From the NCBI GenBank assembly GCA_905215865.1, contig CAJMRJ010000001.1, positions 1 to 40,906 on the forward strand: a stretch of DNA of 40,906 nt, read 5' to 3'. The notes under the pieces are model-generated. The model was not told where the DNA came from. It saw only the letters and a list, made by a program, of their open reading frames with translations, and did no database searches. Source of the DNA: an uncultured bacterium (GTDB lineage Bacteria; Actinomycetota; Coriobacteriia; Coriobacteriales; Coriobacteriaceae). Shown here one piece after another: positions 1 to 7,944 of the stretch. The number at the start of each line of letters is the position of its first letter. Position 1 is the stretch's first letter. Position numbers and translations under genes: made by a program.

Positions 1-1473
1 CGTCAAGGCCGCCGTACGGGCGGCGGGTGCAGGAGCGTCCTCGCCGGCACCCTCTGCACCGCGCGCCGCAGGCAGCGCCATCTGCAGATAGGTATCGGCC
101 AGATACGCCTCATCGAACTCGGAGCGGTCGGAATCCAGCAGGTAGGCGGCAACCACGGTATCGAAGATGCGCGTGGAATCGGCAGACAGCGGGTCCATGA
201 GCTCGGGCTCAGAGGAATCGATGGGCGAAAGCTCGTGCAGCAGCGCCTTCATGTCCGGGCTCGCCACGCGGCCCTCCATAAACAGGCGTGCGAGCACGCC
301 GGCAATCACGCCGTGGACGAAGTTGAAGCCCTCAACCTCAGCCGCCGCACCGCCGTCGCCCTCCTCGAGCGCAAACAGGCCCTTGGACGTCGCCAGCCAC
401 AGTGTGCGCGTCAGCCCAAAGAGCGCGCCCTCTTCCTTGTCGTCGTCCACCACGGCGGCGACCCACTCGCCGGCATCAATCGCGCGGGAAATCTCAGCCG
501 CAACGGCACCAAGCGCGTCAACATCGCCCGCGGCTGCGCGAACCATCGCAGGCATCTCAAACACACTGGAGGCAGCAGCCCCGCCCTCGCCGCCGATCAG
601 TGCCAAGAAACGGTTCTGCATGGCGGTGATACCAAGCGTGCCCAGCGCCGCGGAAACCTCATCGGCAGAAAAAGCCGGGAATGACGTCGCGTCAAAGTCG
701 AGCTCGACAGGCGCATCGGTGCGGATGGTTGCAACCTTGCGGCTCAGCAGTGCGTCGTCGATGTGCGCGCGCAGGTTCTCGCCCATCTTGCCCTTGACCT
801 CGTCGGCATGCGCGATGACCTCGTCTAGGCTACCGTACTGCGCAATGAGCGCGCTCGCCTTTTTGGGGCCGATGCCCGGCACGCCGGGGATGTTATCGGA
901 CGTGTCGCCCTTCAGACCATAAAAGTCGGGCACGAGCGCCGGCGTGATGCCGTGATACAGATCGTCCACGCTCTCGGGTGTCATGATCGCCACGTCGGAC
1001 AGGCCCTTGCGGGTCGAGACGACGTTGACGTGCTCGGTCACGAGCTGATACATATCGCGATCACCGGTTACCAGCAGCATGTCGCAGCCGGCCTGCTCGC
1101 CCAGGCGCGCCATAGTGCCCAGGATGTCATCGCCTTCCCAGCCCTCGGACTGCAAGATCGGCACGTTGAGCGCGACGAGCAGCTCCTTAATCATGGGAAA
1201 CTGCGCGTGCAGATCGGGGTCCATGGGCGGACGCTGCGCCTTATACTGCGGCAGCATCTCCATACGCACGCGCGGCTTGCCCTTGTCAAACGCCACAACA
1301 ACGCCGTCGGGATTAAAGGCATCGATCATCTTGAGGAACATGTTCAGGAAGCCGAAGATCGCGTTGGTGGGACGACCGTCCGGCGCGTTCATGGTCGGCG
1401 GCACGGCGTGGAAGGCGCGGTGCATGAGCGAGTTGCCGTCGATGACGGCAAAGGTACGGCGCTTGTCAGACAT
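1..1473 (-). CDS. polA: DNA polymerase I, 5' part (runs off the left edge)
   Basis: Not in the ORF track; read by hand from ATG at 1473: MSDKRRTFAVIDGNSLMHRAFHAVPPTMNAPDGRPTNAIFGF..., with GWEGDDILGT, TGDRD and GDTSDNIPGVPGIGPKKA motifs of the 5'-3' exonuclease domain; GAGG RBS upstream. Confidence 0.95.
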   Translation of the reverse strand, partial: MSDKRRTFAVIDGNSLMHRAFHAVPPTMNAPDGRPTNAIFGFLNMFLKMIDAFNPDGVVVAFDKGKPRVRMEMLPQYKAQRPPMDPDLHAQFPMIKELLVALNVPILQSEGWEGDDILGTMARLGEQAGCDMLLVTGDRDMYQLVTEHVNVVSTRKGLSDVAIMTPESVDDLYHGITPALVPDFYGLKGDTSDNIPGVPGIGPKKASALIAQYGSLDEVIAHADEVKGKMGENLRAHIDDALLSRKVATIRTDAPVELDFDATSFPAFSADEVSAALGTLGITAMQNRFLALIGGEGGAAASSVFEMPAMVRAAAGDVDALGAVAAEISRAIDAGEWVAAVVDDDKEEGALFGLTRTLWLATSKGLFALEEGDGGAAAEVEGFNFVHGVIAGVLARLFMEGRVASPDMKALLHELSPIDSSEPELMDPLSADSTRIFDTVVAAYLLDSDRSEFDEAYLADTYLQMALPAARGAEGAGEDAPAPAARTAALT

Positions 1474-1639
1474 ATTGAATACCTCACTTTGGGCTGGGCA
1501 CGGTTTGCTCACACCAGTTTACACGCTCCCCGCCCCGCGGCCACCGCACATCAGGCTTCCCTGCCGCCGTGAGCCCGCGCGTGATACGATGGCTCACGGT
1601 ACATCAACCAGCACGATCGATCCGAAAGGAGCCTGCGTC

Positions 1640-3037
1640 ATGGAGCGTCCCTGCGCATGGAAAAAGTACACGCCACAGCAAGTCGAGGAGCTCGAGGAGC
1701 TTTGCCGCGGCTATAAGCAGTTTTTGAGCGAGAACAAGACCGAGCGCCTGTGCGTCAAGACCGGTATCAAGATGGCCGAGGAGGCGGGCTACGTCAATCT
1801 AGAGACCGTGATCGCCGAAGGCCGCGCGCTCAAGGCAGGCGACAAGGTGTACGCCGCCAACCACGGCAAGGACCTTATGCTCGTCAACCTGGGCACCGCC
1901 CCGCTCGAGCAGGGCTTTAACATCCTGGGCGCCCACGTGGACTCGCCGCGCCTGGACCTTAAGCAGAACCCCGCTTTCGAGGCCGGCGACATGGCCTATC
2001 TCGACACGCACTACTATGGCGGCGTCAAGAGCTACCACTGGGTCGCTTCCCCGCTCGCACTCGTAGGCGTCATCTGCAAAAAGGACGGCACCACCGTCGA
2101 CATCAACATCGGCGACAAGGCGGACGACCCGGTCTTTACCATCTCCGACCTGCTGATTCACCTCTCGAGCGAGCAGATGTCCAAGCCTGCCAAGGACGCC
2201 GTCGATGCCGAGATCCTCGACGTGATCGTGGGCGGCCGCCCCGTCAAGTTTGACGAGGACGACAAGGACGCCCCCAAGGAGCCCGTCAAGCAGATGTTCC
2301 TGGACATCCTCAAGGAGCAGTACGACGTCGAGGAGGAGGACTTCCTCTCCGCCGAGATCGAGGTCGTGCCCGCCGGCCCGGCCCGCGACATGGGCCTCGA
2401 CCGCTCCATGATTCTGGGCTATGGCCACGACGACCGTGTCTGCGCCTATCCGTCCATGCTCGCCCAGATCGACGTCGCCAACGTGGAGCGCACGAGCATC
2501 ACACTCATCGTCGACAAGGAGGAGATCGGTTCCGTGGGTGCCACCGGCATGACGAGCCGCTTCTTCGAGAACACCGTCGCCGAGATCATGACGCTCGCCG
2601 GCGAGGATAGCCCGCTGGCCCTGCGCCGCGCACTCGCCCACAGCCGTATGCTCTCCTCTGACGTGTCCGCCGGCTTCGACCCGGGCTACGCCGGCAAGTT
2701 CGAAACCAAGAACGCAGCCTTTATGGGTCGCGGCCTGTGCTTTAACAAGTACACGGGCAGCCGCGGTAAGGGCGGTTCCAACGACGCCGATGCCGAGTAT
2801 GTGGCCCTCGTCCGCGACATCATGGACGAGGCCGGCGTGGACTTCCAGACCTGCGAGCTCGGTCGCGTCAACGCGGGCGGCGGCGGCACCATCGCCTACA
2901 TCATGGCCAAGTACGGCATGAACGTCATCGACTCCGGCGTTGCCGTCCTGTCCATGCACGCCCTTTGGGAGGTCGCCAACAAGGCCGACATCTACGAGGC
3001 CTACCGCGGCTACAAGGCCTTCCTCGAGCGCGCCTAA
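1640..3037 (+). CDS. M18 family (aspartyl) aminopeptidase
   Basis: GAHVDSPRL, GYGHDDR, DKEEIGS, SSDV and SMH metal-ligand motifs. Start moved from the ORF-track 1079 to ATG 1640 behind an AAAGGAG RBS. Confidence 0.9.
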   Translation: MERPCAWKKYTPQQVEELEELCRGYKQFLSENKTERLCVKTGIKMAEEAGYVNLETVIAEGRALKAGDKVYAANHGKDLMLVNLGTAPLEQGFNILGAHVDSPRLDLKQNPAFEAGDMAYLDTHYYGGVKSYHWVASPLALVGVICKKDGTTVDINIGDKADDPVFTISDLLIHLSSEQMSKPAKDAVDAEILDVIVGGRPVKFDEDDKDAPKEPVKQMFLDILKEQYDVEEEDFLSAEIEVVPAGPARDMGLDRSMILGYGHDDRVCAYPSMLAQIDVANVERTSITLIVDKEEIGSVGATGMTSRFFENTVAEIMTLAGEDSPLALRRALAHSRMLSSDVSAGFDPGYAGKFETKNAAFMGRGLCFNKYTGSRGKGGSNDADAEYVALVRDIMDEAGVDFQTCELGRVNAGGGGTIAYIMAKYGMNVIDSGVAVLSMHALWEVANKADIYEAYRGYKAFLERA

Positions 3038-3054
3038 TCCACCCCACCCATAAC

Positions 3055-3117
3055 TTGCGGTGGAATACGGATTAATTTGGCCTTTCAATGGCACAAACAG
3101 ACCGTATTCCACCGCAA
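3055..3117. repeat. 63-bp palindromic repeat, family A, copy 1 (terminator-like)
   Basis: TTGCGGTGGAATACGG (3055-3070) / CCGTATTCCACCGCAA (3102-3117), followed by a T run; two more copies in the window. Confidence 0.85.
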
Positions 3118-3141
3118 CTTTTTTAGCGAGAGAACGGTTCC

Positions 3142-3948
3142 ATGCTGCAGGTCATCATTTCACCCGCCAAGCAAATGCGCGCGGCCCAAGATGCTTTTGA
3201 AATCCTGGGCATTCCACCCTTTGTGCGCGAGACAGCTCGCCTCCACCGCGCACTGCTAGATATCGAGCGGGATGAAGGCGGCGGCCTGCAGGCGCTGTGG
3301 AACGTGAGCGACAGGCTGCTTACAACGTGCCTGGATACGCTTCACGAATTTATGCCCGTCCTGAGCGATGCCGACCTCGCCGATCCCGATATCGCGCATC
3401 ACCTCTCCCCTGCCGTCATGTCCTATCACGGCATCCAATACCAGAGCATGGCGCCCGAGGTGATGGATTCCGCGCAGCTCGCATGGCTGCAAGACCATCT
3501 ATGGATACTCTCGGGACTCTACGGATGCGTGCGCCCCTTTCATGCTGTTGAACCGTATCGGCTGGAGATGGGCGCGAAGCTTGCCGTCGACGGTGCCCGA
3601 GACCTCTACTCGTTTTGGGGCGACAAGCTCGCACGGGCTATCGCTCCGGCAGGATCCAACGCTACGATCGTTAACCTTGCCAGCGCGGAATACGCCAAAG
3701 CCGTTCTACCCTGCCTCACCACCGACGCCACGGTCGTCACATGTCTCTTTGGCGAAGGCGTCCGCAACGGCAAGCCCATCCAGCGCTCGACCGCCAGCAA
3801 AAAGGCGCGCGGCTCCATGGTGCGCTGGATGGCAGAAAACAAGCTCGAGGATGTAAGCGGGCTCACCGCGTTCGACGTTGGTTATCGACACTTTCCCGAG
3901 CTTTCAAATAAAAATACTTTGGTCTTCCTGAACGAACAGGCCCTGTAG
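3142..3948 (+). CDS. yaaA: YaaA/DUF328 family peroxide-stress protein
   Basis: IISPAKQM, ILSGLYG..RP...PYRLEMG, VNLAS.EY and KKARG.M.RW motifs. Confidence 0.88.
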   Translation: MLQVIISPAKQMRAAQDAFEILGIPPFVRETARLHRALLDIERDEGGGLQALWNVSDRLLTTCLDTLHEFMPVLSDADLADPDIAHHLSPAVMSYHGIQYQSMAPEVMDSAQLAWLQDHLWILSGLYGCVRPFHAVEPYRLEMGAKLAVDGARDLYSFWGDKLARAIAPAGSNATIVNLASAEYAKAVLPCLTTDATVVTCLFGEGVRNGKPIQRSTASKKARGSMVRWMAENKLEDVSGLTAFDVGYRHFPELSNKNTLVFLNEQAL

Positions 3949-3988
3949 GACCACCGCTACTTTTGAATGTACTGCCTAGGCACGGCGT

Positions 3989-4504
3989 CTATTCCGCCAA
4001 GCCGTCGGCTTTGGCAATTTCATTTGTCGAGCCGTCCTGATAGGTAATCTTGACATGCTCCACCTCGGATACCTTGACGCCCAACGGGGGCTCCAGGCGC
4101 CATTCCGTCAGCGCGATATCCATCGTCGTGGGCACATCCCCTTGATCTTTGAGCTCAACCAACAGCGTCTTAAGCGACGCATCGAAGGTCACGCGCTCGA
4201 TCTCTTCACCAGGAATGGAACCACCGCTTAGCTGCAGCTGAACAAATCCATCGCACGGATACCAATAGTCGCCGGGAGCTGCCACCGTGTTACCGCCCGC
4301 GACCTTCACTGTCATGATCGGCAGGGCATCGTCGGCCTCAAACTCCCAGGCAGCGCCGCCGCGACCGCCAAACGTCCAGATACAAAAGGCAATCACCAGC
4401 ACGGCAAGCACCGCAAAACCAATCGCGACAAGGCCATGGTGCGCGCGGCTCTCCTCGGCCGATACATCCCATTGCGTCTCACGATATAGATGCTTGTCTT
4501 CCAT
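3989..4504 (-). CDS. Hypothetical protein with one N-terminal membrane anchor (171 aa)
   Basis: C-terminal part of ORF 3989..6064. ATG at 4504 follows a GGGGAGG RBS; hydrophobic stretch LVAIGFAVLAVLVIAFCIW. The rest of that long ORF is the antisense shadow of thiC. Confidence 0.7.
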   Translation of the reverse strand: MEDKHLYRETQWDVSAEESRAHHGLVAIGFAVLAVLVIAFCIWTFGGRGGAAWEFEADDALPIMTVKVAGGNTVAAPGDYWYPCDGFVQLQLSGGSIPGEEIERVTFDASLKTLLVELKDQGDVPTTMDIALTEWRLEPPLGVKVSEVEHVKITYQDGSTNEIAKADGLAE

Positions 4505-4575
4505 GTTCGCCTCCCCACAGGCACGCTCGTTGGCCCAATCGTACCCATTCAGGCTATACTTGAGCCCATGACATA

Positions 4576-4671
4576 AACGGGGAGCTTGTAGGACAAGACG
4601 GCAGGCTGAGATTGGGCGCGCCCGCCCTGACCCGCAAACCTGATATGGGTAATGCCAACGAAGGGAGCCGT
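4576..4671 (+). ncRNA. TPP riboswitch
   Basis: GGGGAGC...GCTGAGA...GACCCG..AACCTGAT..GGGTAATGCC..CGAAGGGA consensus, with P1 ACGG/CCGT, immediately upstream of thiC. Confidence 0.93.
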
Positions 4672-4675
4672 GCCA

Positions 4676-6010
4676 ATGAGCACACAGACCGAGCCCAAGC
4701 TCGTCACGCAAATCGACTTCGCCCGCGCCGGGCAAATCACACCGCAGATGAAAGAAGTCGCCGAGCGCGAGCATCGCGACCCCGAGTACATCCGCGAGCG
4801 CGTGGCCGACGGCCGCATCGCCATCCCCGCCAACATCGTGCACATCAAAAAGGGCATGCGCGCCTTTGGTGTCGGTGAGGGCCTGTCCACCAAGGTTAAC
4901 GTCAACCTGGGCATCTCGGGCGACAAGGCCGATGCCGCCGAGGAATGGAAGAAGGTCAAGATTGCCGAGGACTTTGGCGCCGACGCCATCATGGACCTCT
5001 CCAACTCGGGCAAGACGCGCCAGTTCCGCCAGCAGCTCATCGACGAGACGCCGCTCATGGTGGGCACCGTCCCCATGTACGACGCCATCGGCTACATGGA
5101 AAAACCGCTGGTCAAGCTTACCAAGGATGACTTGTTCGAGGTCGTGCGCGCGCACGCCGAGGACGGCGTGGACTTTATGACCATCCACTGCGGCATCAAC
5201 AAGTCGGTCACCAAGACCTTTAAGGAGACCGGCCGCCTTATGAACATCGTCAGCCGCGGCGGCTCGCTGCTGTTTGGCTGGATGGAGGTCACCGGTAACG
5301 AGAACCCGTTCTATGAGTTCTACGATGAGTTGCTCGAAATCTGCCACGAGTACGACGTGACGATCTCGCTCGGCGACTCCTGCCGCCCGGGCTGCCTCTA
5401 CGACTCCAACGATGCCACCGAGACCACCGAGATGATTGAGCTGGGCAAGCTGTGCAAGCGCGCCTGGGCCGCCGGCGTCCAGGTTATGGTCGAGGGGCCG
5501 GGCCATATGGCGCTCGACGAGATCGCCGCCAACATGAAGCTGCAGAAGCGCCTGTGCCACAACGCCCCGTTCTATGTGCTGGGGCCGCTCGTGACCGATA
5601 TCGGTGTGGGCTACGACCACATCACCGCCGCCATCGGTGGCGCCATCTCCGCGAGCTCCGGCGCCGACTTTCTGTGCTACGTGACACCGGCAGAGCACCT
5701 GTGCCTGCCCAACGCCCAGGATGTGCTCGACGGCCTCATGGCCACCAAGATTGCCGCGCACGCCGCCGATATCGCCAAGAAGGTACCGCACGCCCGCGAC
5801 ATGGACGACAAGATGGGCCAGGCACGCCGCAAGCTCGACTGGGATGCCATGTGGAAGTGCGCTCTCGACCCGGTCACCGGCAAGAAGCGCTACGAGGAAT
5901 CCCCCGCCGCCACCGAGGGCACTTGCACCATGTGTGGCAAGATGTGCGCCGTCCGTACCGTCAACAAGATCTTCGAGGGCACGACGATCGACCTGGGCAT
6001 GGAGGATTAG
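4676..6010 (+). CDS. thiC: Phosphomethylpyrimidine synthase (short form)
   Basis: TKVNVNLG, GADAIMDLS, VSRGGS, EGPGH, YVTPAEHL and C-terminal CTMCGKMC Fe-S motifs; under a TPP riboswitch. Confidence 0.95.
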   Translation: MSTQTEPKLVTQIDFARAGQITPQMKEVAEREHRDPEYIRERVADGRIAIPANIVHIKKGMRAFGVGEGLSTKVNVNLGISGDKADAAEEWKKVKIAEDFGADAIMDLSNSGKTRQFRQQLIDETPLMVGTVPMYDAIGYMEKPLVKLTKDDLFEVVRAHAEDGVDFMTIHCGINKSVTKTFKETGRLMNIVSRGGSLLFGWMEVTGNENPFYEFYDELLEICHEYDVTISLGDSCRPGCLYDSNDATETTEMIELGKLCKRAWAAGVQVMVEGPGHMALDEIAANMKLQKRLCHNAPFYVLGPLVTDIGVGYDHITAAIGGAISASSGADFLCYVTPAEHLCLPNAQDVLDGLMATKIAAHAADIAKKVPHARDMDDKMGQARRKLDWDAMWKCALDPVTGKKRYEESPAATEGTCTMCGKMCAVRTVNKIFEGTTIDLGMED

Positions 6011-6191
6011 CCGGGTCTCGAAATCGCTTATTTCTCCATACCAACGTCCGTCAATTGTTGACATGTGAGCATTTGCTTACATTTGCGTAAAGATTGCATC
6101 GCCCGCCCGGGTTCGGAATACAGCCGGCCCGGGCATCTTTATAATGCGGGGTAAAAGACCCATTTGAATCCGACCGGACAAGGGAGCGAAC

Positions 6192-7022
6192 ATGGATCGT
6201 AGCAAGGTACCCGCCGTCCTGTCCATCGCAGGATCCGATTCCAGCGGTGGTGCTGGCATTCAGGCCGACATCAAGACCATTACGGCGCACCGCCTGTATG
6301 CCGAGACAGCCATTACAGCCATCACCGCACAAAACACGCTCGGTGTCACCGCCGTACAGAATATCTCCCCTGATATCGTCGCCGCGCAAATTGACACCGT
6401 CTTTGACGATATTCGCCCGAACGCCGTCAAGATCGGCATGGTCTCCTCTGCTGAGATTATCGAGGTTATCGCCGACCGCCTGAGTGCCTGGGACGCACAA
6501 AATATCGTCGTCGACCCCGTCATGGTCGCCACATCGGGCGCTCGCCTCATTGCCGAGGATGCCGCCGAGGCGCTCACGCGTCGCCTGTTCCCGCTAGCGA
6601 CCGTCATCACGCCCAACATTCCCGAGGCCATGGCGCTGCTCGACTACGAGGTCGATTCCGAGCGCACACAGCAAAACGCTGCCATGCTCCTCACCCGCCG
6701 CTTTGGCTGCGCGTCCCTCGTTAAGGGTGGGCATTTTGTCAACGAAGCCAACGATGTGCTAGCAGAGCCCGCGCCGCTCGATGACGAGGGCAACCATCTG
6801 GGCGATCCGCTCACCACGTGGTTCCGCCACAAGCGCATCGAGACCGACAACACACATGGCACTGGCTGCACGCTTTCGTCCGCCATCGCCTGCGCATTGG
6901 CACAGGGCATGGATCTTGCCGACGCCGTCAACGCCGGCAAGGCCTACCTAACCGGCGCCCTCGCCGCCGGCTTTAACATGGGCAAAGGTTCCGGCCCCGT
7001 CAACCACATGTGGCAGTATTAA
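6192..7022 (+). CDS. thiD: Hydroxymethylpyrimidine/phosphomethylpyrimidine kinase
   Basis: IAGSDSSGGAGIQAD, VVDPVM, ITPN and THGTGCTLSSA motifs. Confidence 0.95.
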   Translation: MDRSKVPAVLSIAGSDSSGGAGIQADIKTITAHRLYAETAITAITAQNTLGVTAVQNISPDIVAAQIDTVFDDIRPNAVKIGMVSSAEIIEVIADRLSAWDAQNIVVDPVMVATSGARLIAEDAAEALTRRLFPLATVITPNIPEAMALLDYEVDSERTQQNAAMLLTRRFGCASLVKGGHFVNEANDVLAEPAPLDDEGNHLGDPLTTWFRHKRIETDNTHGTGCTLSSAIACALAQGMDLADAVNAGKAYLTGALAAGFNMGKGSGPVNHMWQY

Positions 7023-7030
7023 AGCCCGCA

Positions 7031-7078
7031 GCCCAAAACCACCGCAAAGGGGACAGGCACCTTTGTGGTGGTTTGGGC
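7031..7078. repeat. Hairpin repeat family B (GGACAGG loop), probable terminator
   Basis: AAACCACCGCAAAGG-GGACAGGCA-CCTTTGTGGTGGTTT right after the thiD stop; near-identical inverted copy at 9912-9952. Confidence 0.75.
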
Positions 7079-7110
7079 ACTTTGGCGTCAATGTTATGGC
7101 ATCGCAGCGA

Positions 7111-7210
7111 GCCGGTTCCAAGTGCCCCAGGTCGCCCCGAAAGAGGAGCGACGCGTACTTTGGTACACGAGCGACGGCTTGAGGGGCGAGATGGGGTGCT
7201 TGGGGCCGGC
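7111..7210. repeat. 100-bp imperfect palindromic element with central GTAC-TTTG-GTAC hairpin
   Basis: GCCGGTTCCAAGTGCCCCA..TCGCCCC pairs with GGGGCGA..TGGGGTGCTTGGGGCCGGC using G-T pairs. Confidence 0.65.
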
Positions 7211-7233
7211 GCAGCGTCAAGCCTTAAAGGTGG

Positions 7234-7944
7234 TTACCAGGGTGTTCTGGCAGTCGAGGACTCGATGGCCTCGTGGCGCTTGAGCTCGCGGCGCATGGTT
7301 TGCGAATTGAGCCAGGCTGCCTGCCATCCACGAATGGGGTAGCGCGCCTCGTCCAGCTCAAACTGCGTATAGCCGCTGGCGTTGATGATTGTTGCTCCGC
7401 ATGCATGCCGACGCTCACGTTGAAAATCGTGGCCATAGCATTGGTGCACATGCCCGTGCACCATGTAGTCGGCCCCCCAGGACTCAAGCGCCGTGTTAAA
7501 GCATTCGAATCCTCGATGTGGCAGATCATCCAGATCGCCCACGCCGGCGGCGGGCGCGTGAGTGAGCAAGATGTCGCAGCCGCCGACCATCCTCACTTTG
7601 CGGGAGAGCTTGCGCATGCGCTTGGTCATCTCGCGCTCGGTATACATGTTGGCACCGTCTCGGTAGCGCATGGAGCCGCCAAGCCCCGCAATGCGGACTC
7701 CGCGATACACGTACACGGTGTCTTCGACACAGATGCAGCCACCCGGTGCATGACGTTCATAGCGGTCATCGTGGTTGCCGCGCACGTAGATGAGCGGTTT
7801 GTTGATGACGGTGACCAAAAACTCAAGATAGTCGGGGTCCAGGTCGCCAGCGGACAAAATCAGGTCGACACCCTCAAAGCGTTCCTTGCGAAAGCACTCC
7901 CATAGGCATCGTTCTTCGGTATCGGCTACGGCAAGGATCTTCAT
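7234..7944 (-). CDS. Calcineurin-like metallophosphoesterase
   Basis: LAVADT, SAGDL, VRGNHD, LLTHAP and HGHVH motifs; start overlaps the upstream gene's stop (ATGA). Confidence 0.9.
   Translation of the reverse strand: MKILAVADTEERCLWECFRKERFEGVDLILSAGDLDPDYLEFLVTVINKPLIYVRGNHDDRYERHAPGGCICVEDTVYVYRGVRIAGLGGSMRYRDGANMYTEREMTKRMRKLSRKVRMVGGCDILLTHAPAAGVGDLDDLPHRGFECFNTALESWGADYMVHGHVHQCYGHDFQRERRHACGATIINASGYTQFELDEARYPIRGWQAAWLNSQTMRRELKRHEAIESSTARTPW

Noticed and set aside
167..1572. Plus-strand ORFs at the left edge
   Set aside because: Shadows of polA, which is on the minus strand and absent from the ORF track.
1079..1639. Long N-terminal extensions in the ORF track (also 18741 for asnS, 21137 for the hydrolase, 6064 for the membrane protein)
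   Set aside because: They overlap other real genes or promoters, and downstream starts have clear RBSs.
4676..6010. BzaA/B/F (cobamide lower-ligand) assignment instead of thiC
   Set aside because: The TPP riboswitch and adjacent thiD indicate thiamine synthesis.
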